DNA from: Ostrea edulis
Lineage: Eukaryota
Length of the DNA: 64,000 nucleotides
Direction: 5' to 3'
Assembly (NCBI RefSeq): GCF_947568905.1
Contig: NC_079167.1
Coordinates: 85,994,001-86,058,000, forward strand
Shown here: piece after piece, positions 47,745 to 61,085 of the stretch
Layout: each line of letters begins with the position of its first letter
Numbering within the stretch: position 1 is the first letter of the stretch
The notes under the pieces: model-generated
The model's database searches: none
What the model was told of the DNA's origin: nothing
Seen by the model: only the letters and a program-made list of their open reading frames with translations
Made by a program: the position numbers and the translations under genes

Positions 47745-48420
47745 AATTAAGGTCTTCCGTTTCCAACGGAAGAACTTACTGTATTTCCTACGTTTTTTCT
47801 TTATCATTAAGGTCTTCCGTTTCAACGTAAGACCTTGTTTTGTTCCCTCTTTTATTAGTAGGGCTTTCCACCTTTCTGTGGAAAGCCCTATTGTTGTTCA
47901 GTTTATTATTTCCCTGTCGTCATAAATACTTGTCTGAAGACTTATCAAAAAACTTTATAGTTCATGATATAGTACCTCTCGAGAACCGATTACAAATCAC
48001 CCTGCGCTGTTGAACTATGACCCCTTACGGAGTTATTTGACATTACGTAAAATCTTTGTTAGCACTACTCCTGTTTACCTTTTAAACCGTATATGTGATG
48101 AACATGAAACATTTACTAAACTTTAGAGGTCATTTAGTACAATCCATAGGTACATAGGGTAATGTCATTCTTTTGGGAAGTGTATTTTCAATTTCTAGAT
48201 TGAAGAAGAATTGGAAAATTAAAAAGAAAAACCTAGGGTCGCATGGCTTGTTATTGAGCTACAGCGTTCTAAACATGACCTTTTCGCACTTAAAATGTAT
48301 TCAATTAAACTTGATTTGTGTGTTGGTGTCAACACAACATAAGCAACACAAATCAAATATTTCATAAAATATATACATAATTATGTCTTTACACTACAGA
48401 TAAAAAAAGTTCAATACAAG
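47745..48420 (+). mobile_element. Helentron-associated (HINE-like) element with three stacked terminal hairpins
   Basis: TAAGGTCTTCCGT-TTCCA-ACGGAAGAACTTA (47748-47778), TAAGGTCTTCCGT..ACGTAAGACCTT (47808-47836) and TAGGGCTTTCCAC-CTTTCT-GTGGAAAGCCCTA (47859-47890). Family call is inference. Confidence 0.6.
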
Positions 48421-49644
48421 TAATGGAAATAAATAATGACCCTTTTGCACTTGATATATGAAAGAATCCGTGATATCAAATTTGAGAGTTTTAAACGACA
48501 GATAAGGAATCATGTCAATTTCTGAAATTTCATATCATTTTCAAGGTCTCGTCTTAAAATTTAAAATGAAACTTAAAAATTGGGGGTTGGAGATAAAAAA
48601 AAAAATTCAATTATTGGCGAAAATATTGAATTTTTATACGAAATTTCGAATAAGCTAATTGACACTTTTTCAAGAATTGGCGTTCTTTTGATACAACCAA
48701 ATCAATAAATGTGAACTCGTTCCCAGTCTCGACTACTTGTTTTATAAATTATAAAACTGAAATACACGTATAGAAGTGTAAAAATAGAAGATATCTTGGA
48801 TGAAACAGAAACTGTAATATCACGCAGATTTAGATCTTTTTTATTAATGAAACCAACCGTCACAGAACATAATCCCTGCAAAATCCTTTCAAACTTTGAA
48901 TTGACACAAATATTGTCAACTGGATAGGGTTCAGTAATATATATGTAATTTATTTACACCAATAGGATCAGTATTAAACCAGTAAATACTTAGTTGTAGC
49001 ACCCTGTGCAGTTAACTTTGGGAAGTTTCTAGTATACCGGTCCAAATAGCACGCGACTGTGCATGAGCAGTTATTCCCCTTGCCGCTGCTAAGCGGACTG
49101 TAAACACGTCGCCATTTGCATTTTAGCCTCGGATGCTGAGACGTGAAACTCGCTAATGTTTCGGATAATAAAATCCATCAGAAAGCTTAGCAGCGTTTGA
49201 TACACAAAGATGATCATGTGAGTCTATGATATATATTTTTAAAAAGAATTAAACGAGTATGTTGGGGGCAGTCCCCGAATTTAGAAGTGTCGATTAAAAC
49301 ACTTTTTAAAAGGTTTTTTTCAATGTCGAACTGACAAAAATATTTTTCGTAAAATAAAAAGAATGAATATCCATTCTCAATCCCAGATTAAATTCAGTTT
49401 ACTGAAATCAACATCAGTGACAAGAATATTCAGGAGAATTACGGAAGATAACGCACATGTGACGATTTCCTAAAGAAGGAATTCTATCTAATTTGGAACA
49501 TAAACTGTACGTCTGTTTGCATTCTGTTTTCATTTTGAATTTTACAAAAACTGTTTAAAACCCGTTTTTAAAACACTTTATTATACACAAGGAACACAAT
49601 TTTGGGCTTATTCTTTTTCCTTTTTTTTTTTTTTTTTTTTAGAT

Positions 49645-50081
49645 TTCTTGCCCGTTTTAGCGATTTTACCGATCGCTCACGCGATCGTATACGCCTGTTT
49701 TCATATCGTATTCATATCAAATCGCACTGCATTCCTATTTATTCAAGGAATACTCGCAGCGACTTGTAGGACACTCACGAAGACTCGTAGTACATTTGCA
49801 GTGTCACAAGTACTACAAAGCTCCACGAGTGTGCTACGAATGTCGAAGATTATCCACGAAAATGCGCACGGGTGCAGTGAGAGTGTTGCACGATGGTCTA
49901 CGATTGTTAAACTTCGTACTATGGTCACAATTGTTTTGAATATGTTAAAAACAATCGCCGCGTTTGCCGATTTGCAGGAAGATAATCAACGGCTTTCTCT
50001 ACTATAAACCCCGAATTGTTGCGATTTTTGTATTCGCGTACGCTATCGTATCTCAAAATCGTGAAAGTGTGACAGAGTCTT
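49645..50081. mobile_element. CpG-rich MITE half with a PIF/Harbinger-like terminus
   Basis: Ends GTGAAAGTGTGACAGAGTCTT; CpG content far above the flanks; left end lost next to a poly-T tract. Confidence 0.5.
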
Positions 50082-50145
50082 GACTAATTTGTGACCAGGG
50101 TCCATGTGGATATAATTAAACCAATAAAGGAATCTCTCCTATTGG

Positions 50146-51579
50146 TCATTTATTAGATATATTTCGAATTCCAAATGACACGAAAATAAACACACCAAGG
50201 CAGCTATTCAAAAACATTTGGGTGTGTAAAAAGAATGCAGTGTCAATCAATTCATGAAGAAAATATGACACCCATGCTATCCCTGCAATAATGGACAATT
50301 TGAAGTATGCCTTCAGAAGTTTGTGATGCTGAGGATTTGAAATGACCCTGTGTCGCTTGATACAACAAGTCACCACCACGTATAGAAAACTATTTATAAA
50401 CACCACCAGGACCACGGGCAGTAGTAACGTGAAAGTCTTCAGAAGACCATCAGCAACAAAGCAGGTAGTTTTGGAGTACCCCACACTGGAACCATCGCTT
50501 ACGTGGTAACTGATCTGTAAATGTATTGTTACTACCACTGCACACAATGCCAAACTGATTGTAAGATATGCCATGCATTTCAGAGTATGTTTGCTACGAG
50601 AACTCGCTTTCAAAACCGTAGATGTCGTAAAGAATAGCTCAAGACAAGATATACACATCCAGCAGACGACCATCAGCCAAAGGCAATGAGACAATATTCC
50701 AAATAGCATGCACAGTGGGAAATGATTAACAAGAAACCTTGAGACAGTGTTGAATGTATTGGCCATGAAAAGAGACAAAAACAATGCTTGGGTTATCCTC
50801 TTCTGTAGATTTGCGGTCTCGTGGGTCTTTACTGAAACTACGAAAGCGAACAAGCAACCAAGTGAGGAGACAGATGAGGAGATAACTAAGAAATCAGTTT
50901 CCTGTAGATATGTGGCAATTAACATTCGTGTCTTATTATTAACTATTTCCATGTAAAGGTCTAAGCATATAGCTACATCATTTTGTTCGTTAATTTCAGC
51001 AAGGTAGCTTTCGAAACAGACATTGTATTCAAGAATACAAATCTCAAAATCACTGTAATTTAGATGATAACTATTAGGAAGAGAAACTTTTGGACAGTGT
51101 TGCCAGGGTGTTACCATACTGTAAGAATATATCATAGCAAAAGCTGTATCAGGATCAGAGCGAAAAGTATCATTGTAAAATTGACGAGAGAGTTTGTTAA
51201 AGTCATTGATCCTTATCTGGTGTTTCGAATCATTCGTGCCACTTCTGATGAGGTCGCTAAGGAATGTTGTCAAATAATATGATACAGCCATTATATTTTC
51301 ATCTCTCGCAAGATGAAACGTTGAAACAATGGAAATACATATTATATCAGATTGTGTAAGGAAAGCCAAAGCAAATTTCACGATTATTTGTTTGAATTGC
51401 TTAGTCGTGTGAAACATACGGTTTCTTAGCTCCACTCGCATCTCGTAGCTGAAAACCTCGACGTTACATATCGCAAAACTCACAAAGAAAACTACAGAGA
51501 TGTCATGAGTTGCTGTGCGCTGACATTTTGGCCCTCTTTGGACGTACTGAGTATCACAGTGGATAGGTAGACATCTTTT
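50146..51579 (-). CDS. Adhesion/Methuselah-like class B 7TM receptor, terminal exon (membrane-proximal ectodomain plus 7TM)
   Basis: Acceptor TTTTCAG|AAA at 51580/51579, in frame (KRCLPIHCDTQYVQRGPKCQ..); seven hydrophobic segments; TM3 Cys (PLCMLFGILSHCLWL), ECL2 Cys (GYSKTTCFV), LLPVVLVVFINS, FKLSIIAGIAW, LNSCLGVFIF. Confidence 0.88.
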   Translation of the reverse strand, partial: KRCLPIHCDTQYVQRGPKCQRTATHDISVVFFVSFAICNVEVFSYEMRVELRNRMFHTTKQFKQIIVKFALAFLTQSDIICISIVSTFHLARDENIMAVSYYLTTFLSDLIRSGTNDSKHQIRINDFNKLSRQFYNDTFRSDPDTAFAMIYSYSMVTPWQHCPKVSLPNSYHLNYSDFEICILEYNVCFESYLAEINEQNDVAICLDLYMEIVNNKTRMLIATYLQETDFLVISSSVSSLGCLFAFVVSVKTHETANLQKRITQALFLSLFMANTFNTVSRFLVNHFPLCMLFGILSHCLWLMVVCWMCISCLELFFTTSTVLKASSRSKHTLKCMAYLTISLALCAVVVTIHLQISYHVSDGSSVGYSKTTCFVADGLLKTFTLLLPVVLVVFINSFLYVVVTCCIKRHRVISNPQHHKLLKAYFKLSIIAGIAWVSYFLHELIDTAFFLHTQMFLNSCLGVFIFVSFGIRNISNK

Positions 51580-52754
51580 CTGAAAAGGAATATGTGTAGA
51601 TTCGTGAGCATGGAATTAGTATATATTACCAATGAATTCATGTCCTACACAGAATTTAAAGGTGAATTACAACAAAAGAATTAAACATATTACAATACAT
51701 AGTTTCTCATCCACGACATGAAAACAATATCCCCCATACCACAAATAATTGTTTTTCGAAAAGAACAACTACCGCTGTGACAGTAAACTTAAATGTTTTA
51801 GGAGTAAAAAAAGCAGCATGGAATCCCATTTTGATTGTTCAGTTAATACGTAGCCTATGTAAAGTTTTTGTACTATGACTACATTATTTTTCTAAATGAT
51901 CATTACACTGCATGTGTTGGTACTAAAGATGGATCGATCCTCTTGTGATGTCATAGGATTTTGTAAAATCTTTATTTGATTAAACTTTGTGCGTGATAGA
52001 GATATGTCTCTCAGAGAAATTTTATTCCCTGGATAAAATGAAAAATACTGGTAAACTATTGATACTGAAAGAGTTTTTACTTTCCATATATAATCAATTA
52101 TTCATAATAAAAAAAATTGTCAAGGACAATAACTCCTCTGTTGGAATTTCCTCTCCTGCATGTCTATTATTCTATGATTTTCCCCAATATCTACAATTGA
52201 GTTTTACATATCTATAAATTAGCACATTTTAAAACGGTTGACTTTTAGAATTTGTCATTTTTGCAAGTTTTTATCTATATTCATTATTCTGTTTAACGAA
52301 AGTGTGTGGCTTTTTATGTTGATATATACATTGTACTTCTGTTCTTGCATGTCTACAAACATGATAACATTCACATTTGCTTTGGTTATCAATCAAATTA
52401 AACTATATTGAGTGGAAATTAATAAAACTTTTCTACTTTCAACCATTGCATTGATAAGTCACCTTAGTTGTAGAACACACCTGAGACCTGTTCAGCAGAG
52501 CGTGCGCCCGCGAACATTCCCGATATGATTCTTTGGTGCTAGAGGCGAGAACTCGCGTGCGCCCGCTCAACTTCGAAATAACATACAACATTTCAACAAG
52601 ACCATGTTACACATTAAAATCAAGATAAAGAAACTTGTAATAGTGAAGAAAATGCAAAGAAATAAGTATATGAAAGGACAGCAGATGATGTTTTGCCTGT
52701 GTTACTCCTCCTTTGAAATGGGAATATAAATACCAAGGTTTTAGAGTTACTTAC

Positions 52755-53897
52755 CAGAATCGGACTGTACACCTCTTCAGCGCGACATTTCTTGTCAATT
52801 GTATAATCAGACAGTATTTCAAGTGCTTCAAAACTCATCGTTAAAGAGGATATTCCGAAAGCCATGCTAGGATATAACGAAATTTTTTCAAAAATGTGCA
52901 TCCTATCAAAAGCATAGCCTGCAACGCGTAGTGTAAGATCCGGGTCAACAGCATTGCACAAAACGCAGTATATATTTTTATACACGTGTCCACCTTCAAC
53001 ATTATAGACAACTGTTTGTGGCAATGTCTCGCATGCCCAAAGTAATCGCTCATCATATATTTTCCACAAGCAAGTTATATTGCACTTTGATGCCGTAGGT
53101 TTTTGACACGTAAACGTTTCATATAAAAATAGCGGAGGGACATAAGCAATAATTACTCTCTTTTCGTAAGCAGCCAGGAATGGATCATTTTCGGTTGTTG
53201 TCTTATCATTCATGTTTCTCGTGACTTTTTTTCCCCATGGAAACAGTTCAATTTGCAATTCTCCAAAGCACTCGGCACAATACTTATTTTGATAAGTTTC
53301 GTTTGAGCTAGCTGAAATTACAGGTGTAAATAATTCTTCCTGTTTCCGCTCTTCAGCTGGTAAGAATCTTTTGCATTTTCGCCACAGTGTATTTCTAGGA
53401 TATCCATCGGGGCAATTTGCTACCATCCAGTACTCCTGTCTGGGTATATTTACATGGTAGCCACGCCCATTAGTCACTCTCCCTAACTGAGTACTCAGAC
53501 AGGAATACTTGGTTGGTTTACTGACATCTTGTTTTTGATCTAAATCATGAGATAAATATCTGGAGATACAACAGTCCGCTTTTTTCTCACAGTTGGGATT
53601 ACAACTACATCTTTGACAAACTCCAACGTTTCTCCCAAACGGGAATGAATAGTTGCGGTAGAATTCTCCTCCATCATAGCACAAAGGTACGTTTGGACAA
53701 AAAGTCATGAAACTACTTATGAGAAATTTCGCTACGTCATCGTGAATAAATTTAGTATAGTTCTGGACGCGGTATTTGTGAATGAAAAATCTGTCATTTA
53801 GATTCTCTTTTCCTACCTGCAGTGTTGCGTTGTGCTTTGGTTGTTTTCGGATTGGAAAGATGTTTTGTCCTGATGCCCCATACCTCATAAAGATTAT
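52755..53897 (-). CDS. Same receptor, large Cys-rich ectodomain exon; the true start is probably further upstream
   Basis: Open frame with CQRCSCNPNCEKKADCC (somatomedin-B-like), YWMVANCP, TYQNKYCAECFG, YKNIYCVLCN; donor CTG|GTAAGT at 52755/52754 in phase 0, matching the next exon; candidate acceptor TTTTTTATTAG| at 53898/53897. The 5' boundary is uncertain. Confidence 0.78.
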
Positions 53898-54131
53898 CTA
53901 ATAAAAAACCATGGATGTTCCGTAAATATTGACTGCAAACACTGTAGAATGTTAAATGGCAACATGATTTAAAGTATTCAAACACATTTCAAAATTGTCT
54001 ATTGAATTTTTATAAAACACATTTGAAGTTTAGGAAAATAGTTAATTAGTTGTAATTTTTTTTTTAAAATGTCTGAAAGATGGTCAAGATAAAAACAGAG
54101 ACAAGCATGTATAGTCCATCATTAAATGTTC

Positions 54132-54270
54132 CAACTCTTTATACGCGCCTGACATAAAGCTATCCACAACTCTTTATACGCGCCTGACATAAAGCTATCC
54201 ACAACTCTTTATACGCGCCTGACATAAAGCTATCCACAACTCTTTATAAGCCTCTGACATAATGATATCC
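54132..54270. repeat. 35-bp minisatellite: three perfect units plus one degenerate
   Basis: CAACTCTTTATACGCGCCTGACATAAAGCTATCCA at 54132, 54167 and 54202; diverged unit at 54237. Confidence 0.95.
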
Positions 54271-54289
54271 ATTTCAGTCCGTCGTCGTG

Positions 54290-55550
54290 CATCGGAGTTA
54301 TAAGATTGATCACTGTGAACATTTTCTTTGGGACACCGCGATAACAATTGAACATTTTTAACTTTTTTAACTTCTTGAGAACAACTCTTCCAAATCCTTT
54401 TCAAATTTGGTATCGTAAAATCATAAATTTCATGATCCCAGGGATACGTGTTGGGTACCAGGTTTGAAGAAAATTGTCAAAATTAGATTAACTGCCTGAT
54501 AATTACCCTTCCTATTCTTTTCGAAATTGATATATAGCATCTTTGGGACAAGTGGAAATTATTGCGGGATCTTAAGGACAAAAATTGCGGGGGAAACTGC
54601 CGAATGTTCAACAAAAGGCCTACATGCCTTATAGTTCACTTGAGTATTTGTCAAAAGAGTATCACTAACTACAAGGTCCATGAAATCTATAATCATTTTC
54701 CTGTTCTACATATCTAAGCTCAATTCTAATATTCAGCAGCAGTATAAAACAAGATATTTTCTCAAAACACAAATGCTCAGGAAGTATCCAAAATTCCTTA
54801 ATTTAGAATAGGTTATACATGTATCAACACTATAATTATGACTATTTTAAAAGACCCGCCCAAGAGTCAGAACCCTAGGATTGCAAAATTCACAAATGTT
54901 TACATCCTTTCCTGCTTTTCATAAATATACGTTTTGTTTTTTCACAAGTTTTAATAATAAAGACAATAATCACTATGACCATATTTGGATCAAGCCTGGT
55001 ACCAAACCCTTACCCATGTGATAAAATTTACAGTATTCAATTTAGTATCAAGACCATAAACGGAGATGTTATATATTTATTTTACACATAAACAACTATA
55101 TATATACTAAACTTGGTGGCATGAAAGTTAAATTTTCATACAGGTCTCCCGGCTGTAGAGAAGAAAGATTTTAGAAATTGACAATGCTTGGCAGTTTTTG
55201 TTACGCCCCGAAGGCCGCATAAGTGGAGGAGTCATGAAATTCACAATTGATGTCCCCCTTGTCCCAGACATACTTCATACCAAATTTGAAAAGAATTGAA
55301 AGAGTAGTTATCAAGAAGTTGATATCGTTTGATTGTTATACACATTTCATCACTATGCTACTTTGGCCCCATCCTGGTACCAAAACCCTTATCCCTAGGA
55401 ACATGAAATTTACAATTTGGTAAAGGGCTCTCTACTCCTAAATATCCATCAGCTTCAACTTTGTATAAATAGTATTAAAGAAGATGTTATTTGAATATTT
55501 TACACATAGACACTATATCAAAAGTTTGGTCCTGCTCACTTCAAGAAATT
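54290..55550. mobile_element. Degenerate Helentron/HINE-type element with internal ~160-180-bp subrepeats
   Basis: Recurring CACTATGAC..TTTGG..CC..GGTACCAAA(A)CCCTTA.CC..TGA..AATTTACA motifs; CATACCAAATTTGAAAAGAATTG. Family call is inference. Confidence 0.5.
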
Positions 55551-56259
55551 GAAAGTACATGTACAATTACTGAATGAAAAATTAAGGAAAAAACCCACAC
55601 TTGGATTAATTTCTTGTGTTTGTTTGATTTTATTAATCACATTAGAGATAAGATAAACTTTTCTAGGCATCGAATGAAGTGTACTTATGTTGTCTGAAAT
55701 GGGAATGGGCAACAAAGCTGCACACGGCTGAGCACAGGAACTGGTAATTTTGTTTGTAGTAATACATGTAGTGGTAGGGGGTCTATACCATAACACCTTC
55801 TAATGATAATTCTATCAGGGGGTGGTATCACACAAATCCCTACTATTATCGTTACAAAATTACCGATTCCTGTGGGCAGAGATGCAGACGACATGTTCGA
55901 CAGTGTCCATAAACCTACTAGACTGAAGTGATTCGGTCTTTGCATTTATAAGCAAATATCATTAAAAACTCTCTAATACATTTACTACAGGATTAAAAAG
56001 TTAATGTAAATATACCGTGTTGTTTGGAAATTACAGGAAAATTCTTCTAAAGATTTAGGAAAAAATAGTTCACCTGATATAAAGGTTCAAATAAGATTTT
56101 TTTATTATAAAGTTATTAACATTGTCAACTTGGGTAAAGGGGATTCAAAGTTCAAATGAAGGCACACTCTATTGAACCCTGGGATAATCAGGATAATCAG
56201 GAAAAGATAAATTAAGTTTTGTAAACAATATTCAATTTTGAATCAAAAATCAATTTTAA

Positions 56260-57220
56260 AGCTAATTAGTTTAATTTGCATTCTGTAAACTAATTTGCAA
56301 ACAAAATTGAGAAATATTATGACCAAAATCAATTTTGTGAGACAAAATTGCAAAATTAAATTTTGTGAGACGAAATTGAATTCTGCCATAAAAATCACTT
56401 TTGTCTTACAAAAATACCGAATGTTTTTATGAAAACTTTAATTCCGAAATGACAAAGATAATTTTTTCTACAAAATTATTTATCAGTGGACATGCATGAT
56501 TTTTGTAGACTAAAATCATTTTTGTCATGAGAGAATTCAGTTTTGTTAGTTATACAATGTATATGCAAACAAGTCAATGTTTGATCTTTACTTGTAAGCT
56601 GCTCAACAATATGCTTGAAACGCTCACATTCAGCTCATTTTTTTTATAACGGTTAATTAGACTTGGAAGATATGATATATGTATTAAACGAATATTTGTT
56701 AAATATACATGTAAATATTACGCTTATGATAATTCGTGTGTCCTTGAAAGAATATGTCTTTGTTAGGTATGTTACATGTTGAGGCCATCATAGCGTTTAG
56801 TACTTTCTTTGTTTGAATTGCAATGAAAGGCCTTCTCACAAATTTCTCTCTTGCATATCCATATTCGGATTTTGTGAACTTATTTGCACACAAAATTGAC
56901 TTCTGTTAGACAAAATTGACTTTCGTGACACAAATTTGAATTTGGTGTTCACTTTCCACTGCTGTCTAACAAAACGCCCATTTGTCCATACAAAAATGTA
57001 TTGTAAGTACAAAATGACTAGAGTGTCATTTGACGTCTCGATATCAACACTTTGTGAACAAAGCCAATTTTGTCTCACAAAATTTACTTTTGTTCTCTAA
57101 TTTGCTTAGGTAACAACAGTCAATTGTATAAGCAAATATGTATATATTTGCATATCTAATTAACAAAAATGAATTTTCTCTACAAAGTAACTATTGTTTC
57201 TTAATTTTGTTTAGATTTTT
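56260..57220. repeat. AT-rich fold-back-like element built from TTTTGTGAGACAAAA-type motifs in inverted arrays
   Basis: AATTTTGTGAGACAAAATTG (~56331, ~56359) is inverted to CAATTTTGTCTCACAAAATT (~57065); related motifs near 56900-56940. Confidence 0.5.
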
Positions 57221-58835
57221 TAATAAAACATTATCATTTAATAACTTTTAAAGTGATGACTTATAAACGATGCTGATTGGTTGAAAAATTCGTTTGATTT
57301 CTCTGTCAAAATTTCGTTCGGAGTTCATCTGCACTAAGCACGCGGGACTACTTTTCTCTGGAATGCATCTTCCCCGTTCTAATTTTAGCACTATTTATAG
57401 AACGGGATTTTCCACACAAGCATTATATATAACGAAATGCATTTTTTCATTGCTATCAAAAATTAGCACAACTAAAGATATGAATAAAATACAAATTAAT
57501 TTAAAGAAACAACATACATAGGCGATGACGTGGCAGAATAGTCAATTTGATGACGTAGACCACTTACTGGTAGAAGTAGACAGATTACACGAGTTCCTGG
57601 TATGAATCGTCTGCTTTACGAGATCGATAACATGACGGAGCAAGTGGCGACTTCTGATCTGGTAAATATCAATGAAATTGAACTGCGTTATATGGGGCTC
57701 AGTCAACGAGTGCGTTTTAAACGTTCTCCTCGATATTGAACTGGAGCCGAATTGCATTCCACCGTTCCAACAACACAACCAGTGTTCAACGTCTCCTCCA
57801 ACACGATGCAGCATAAATCCAGTCACCACTTGTTATCTTCCTTTATATTTAATTCTGCTTTTAACCATTGCACCTTTAATTTGGCGTATAATCCATTTAA
57901 ATCTGCACAGTAACTGTTCCTGACCTGAACGCACAGCCATGCCGTTTTGTTTTTGTTTTCATTCTTGCCTATATGTATTCCTACGCGCCATTTCAGAAAC
58001 GTTAATTCAAGCTTTTTGATGGGAGAAACTATTTGTTTTTCTATCTTAAAAACATGATTAAATGATAAGAAATAAATAACGCGCATTGATGAAGTTTTCC
58101 GTCCAATGTTTCGTTTGATACTTGCATTAAACAAAGAATTATAAGTTTCATTTCTTAAATCAATAAAAAAAATGTATAGTTTCCATAATTGTAATCCTCT
58201 TTGATTTTACCCAGTGTGATTGTAGAAATTCATTACATCACCGTCTTTAATTTCTTTGAATCCATTGACAATTTCAAATTTTGAGAAGTTAATTTGCGAA
58301 ATCTCTCTTGCACTAATTTATTTTTCATCTGGCCAAAACGGGCAGAATATTAAGTATATTGTTTAACAGTAAAGCGGAGCAATGAGACTTTGATACTGAA
58401 ATGTAGCCATTCTGGTTATATTATAAAGAGTTACCTGGGTAGATAACCACGAATAAAATTGGGGATTTTCTAAACGACAAACACGTGTATATACCGTAAA
58501 CTGGAATGGTTTGGTAGATTCCACATTGTATTAAACATGAGTGTTTGAATTAATATGTATACATATCTCGGTAAGCAAAATAGTTGAAGAGCGCATATCC
58601 CGTTTTGTTTTAATTGCAACAACCTCCCCCTGATTATTATTCATTAGTATAGCTATAATTTTGCGCATGCATATTTCCAACATACTATAATAATATTACC
58701 CCACTTTTTGTTTACATCCGTGCGTTATCTGGACCGGCTTACTATACAACTTTATCAAATGTAGGCAATGTAAAGGCAAAGGAAGGTAGAGAAAAAAATG
58801 TGAATAACTATTGCCATTGCCATTTACCATGCATT

Positions 58836-58836
<1 letters not shown>

Positions 58837-58872
<36 letters not shown>
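58837..58872. repeat. C36 homopolymer
   Basis: Read directly from the sequence. Confidence 0.9.
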
Positions 58873-58873
<1 letters not shown>

Positions 58874-59599
58874 CTTAATTTGTGTATAGGAAAGACGCAC
58901 ATGGCCACAAGGGAAAGAACAAGATAGGACAAGAGCCATCCCTGGCCCCTCTTTAAAAATATTAATATTACATATAGTTATAGGGTATACTTAATCCTAA
59001 CAGGAAATATTTTCTTACCTAGCAACACATCAAACATAACAACCATAATTTGAATTTCAGATCTATTTTAACAATATTTATTCATTAAAATAATAAAAAG
59101 GTTCCATATGTTTTAGCCACCACACAATAAAAATTAATTCGCTGAAAACTTCAAAAGTGTTCACAAACGTTAACCTTTCTTATAACTTCTGAAGAAAAAA
59201 GCGTTTGGGACTTTATTTTTATTTATTTTTTTATTTTATTTTTTTTTCACATTATTTACCTAGAGTAAAATCAAAGAGGATTACAATTATGGAATCTATA
59301 TATATTTTATTTATACAAGTTTCCCTTTCTAACAACAGCTAATAATATGATCTTAATTTGTTTAATAATGAGAACTGTGGAAACTTGCTCTATGAAATGT
59401 GATAAAGCCAATCTAAGAGTGCGTGTATTCGTCTCGCGCTCTTGTTTTCCTTTAATGATAATAATAATAAATTTATTTTGTAAAGCGTACAATACATATT
59501 GCTCTAAACACTATTTGAATAACAATAAGATAATTTGTATAAGAACAAATGACTAATAGGTGAAGATAAGGAGTCCGTTATGATTGCATAACATAGTAT

Positions 59600-60853
59600 A
59601 CTTGACTTAGATTTCATCTGCACAGACTAGTTGTAATGAATTGTATACAGATGAGTCTTTAGTTTAGATTTATAGATACAGGGACTAGGAGCAGTTCTGA
59701 TATCATATATCTAGAGCATTCCACAGTTTAGGGCCAGCCACACAAAGCTCGAGTTTGAATCATAGATGAGGTGGTAAATGGCACTTGTAGTAGGCTCTGA
59801 TCACTGGACCACTGAGTTCTGGAGGGAGCATAGGGTGTTATGAGTTCCTACAGATAGGATGGAGCCATGATGGAGCCACTTTTTGTAAATTTAACACCAA
59901 TGTCTTGAAGATGGAGGGAGCGTAGTACTGGTGTAATGCTGTCATATTTGAGGGTGCCTGAGATGATTCTGGCTGTGGTGTTTTTGGATGGAGTGGAGAC
60001 ACTGGATCTGCTTTGATGGTAAGCCGTAGTAGAGAGAGTTGCAGTAGTCCAGCTTTGTTGTTATGAAGGCATGGACAACACATTCCAGCGATTCCCTGTC
60101 CAGATATCTCCTCAGCTGACTCAGGTTCTTGAAATTGATGAAGGCGCCTTTGCATACTGATGATATATGTGCCTCCATGGTCATGTGACAGTCAATGGTC
60201 ACACCAACGCCCTTGGCATTAGTAACAGGAGTGATAGAGTCGCCTCCTACTTGCAGTGATGGTATGTGCAGCTTAGAGAACATTTGTTTGGAGAATATCA
60301 CTAGCACCTCAGTCTTGTCTGTGTTGATCTTGAGGTGATGCTGGGCCATCCTGGGTTGAACTGACCTTAAGCAAGACTCCATCTGACTGACTACAAGAGC
60401 GGCCTGTTGGACTTTAAAGCTGATATACAGTTCATTATCGTCAGCATACATGTGGTACAAGACATTGTTCTTTCTGAGAATGGCCCCCAGGGATGCTGTG
60501 TAAATGTTGAGCAGAACGGACCCGAGGACCGATTCCTGGGGGACACCGCAGCCCAACTCAGTGGCACCAGACTTCTCTCCCTTCACTTTGACAATCTGGG
60601 TCCGATCGGTAAGGTAGGACGCGAACCACGTGACTACAGTGTCCTTAATTACAATGTTCTTAAGTATTTGCAGCAAGCGTGAATGATCTACAGTGTCAAA
60701 GGCAGCCGATAGGTCCAATTGCACTAGCAAGCCAGCCTTCTGCTCCCCAATGGTACAAACCACATCGTTGTGAACTCGCAGAAGTGCTGTCTCAGTACTA
60801 TGCCCCTGGCGGTAAGCACTTTGGAATGGCTCCAGTAAATGGGGATAAAACAC
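59600..60853 (-). mobile_element. 5'-truncated L2/CR1-group LINE RT relic
   Basis: QSAYRQGHSTETALLRV, LDLSAAFDTVDH, GVPQESVLGS, MYADDNELY, TTKLDYCNSL. Confidence 0.9.
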
Positions 60854-61085
60854 TTTGTGTTATTGGTGTAAGGTATAGTATAACCTTTTAATTTTGTTAT
60901 TCAAACTTTGAAGCTTTTAGAAATGAACACTTCATATCATATGGTTAATCCATTCGTTACGTTAACCATATGATAGATTAGTACTTAAATCTAGTTTTTA
61001 TTTTAAGACAGTACATATAAATATAAACAACAAAATTTCTTTCTTTGTTATTTCATCGGGTGATCAAGATATATGTAGTAATCAC

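Noticed and set aside
49648-50007. 119-aa ORF
   Set aside because: Lies within a CpG-rich MITE and has no recognisable domain
54132-54270. 35-bp repeats as a CRISPR array
   Set aside because: The units are contiguous with no spacers, no cas genes are present, and the context is eukaryotic
55536-55945. Upstream coding exon of the GPCR
   Set aside because: The Cys-containing frame has stops, no signal peptide and no convincing splice pair
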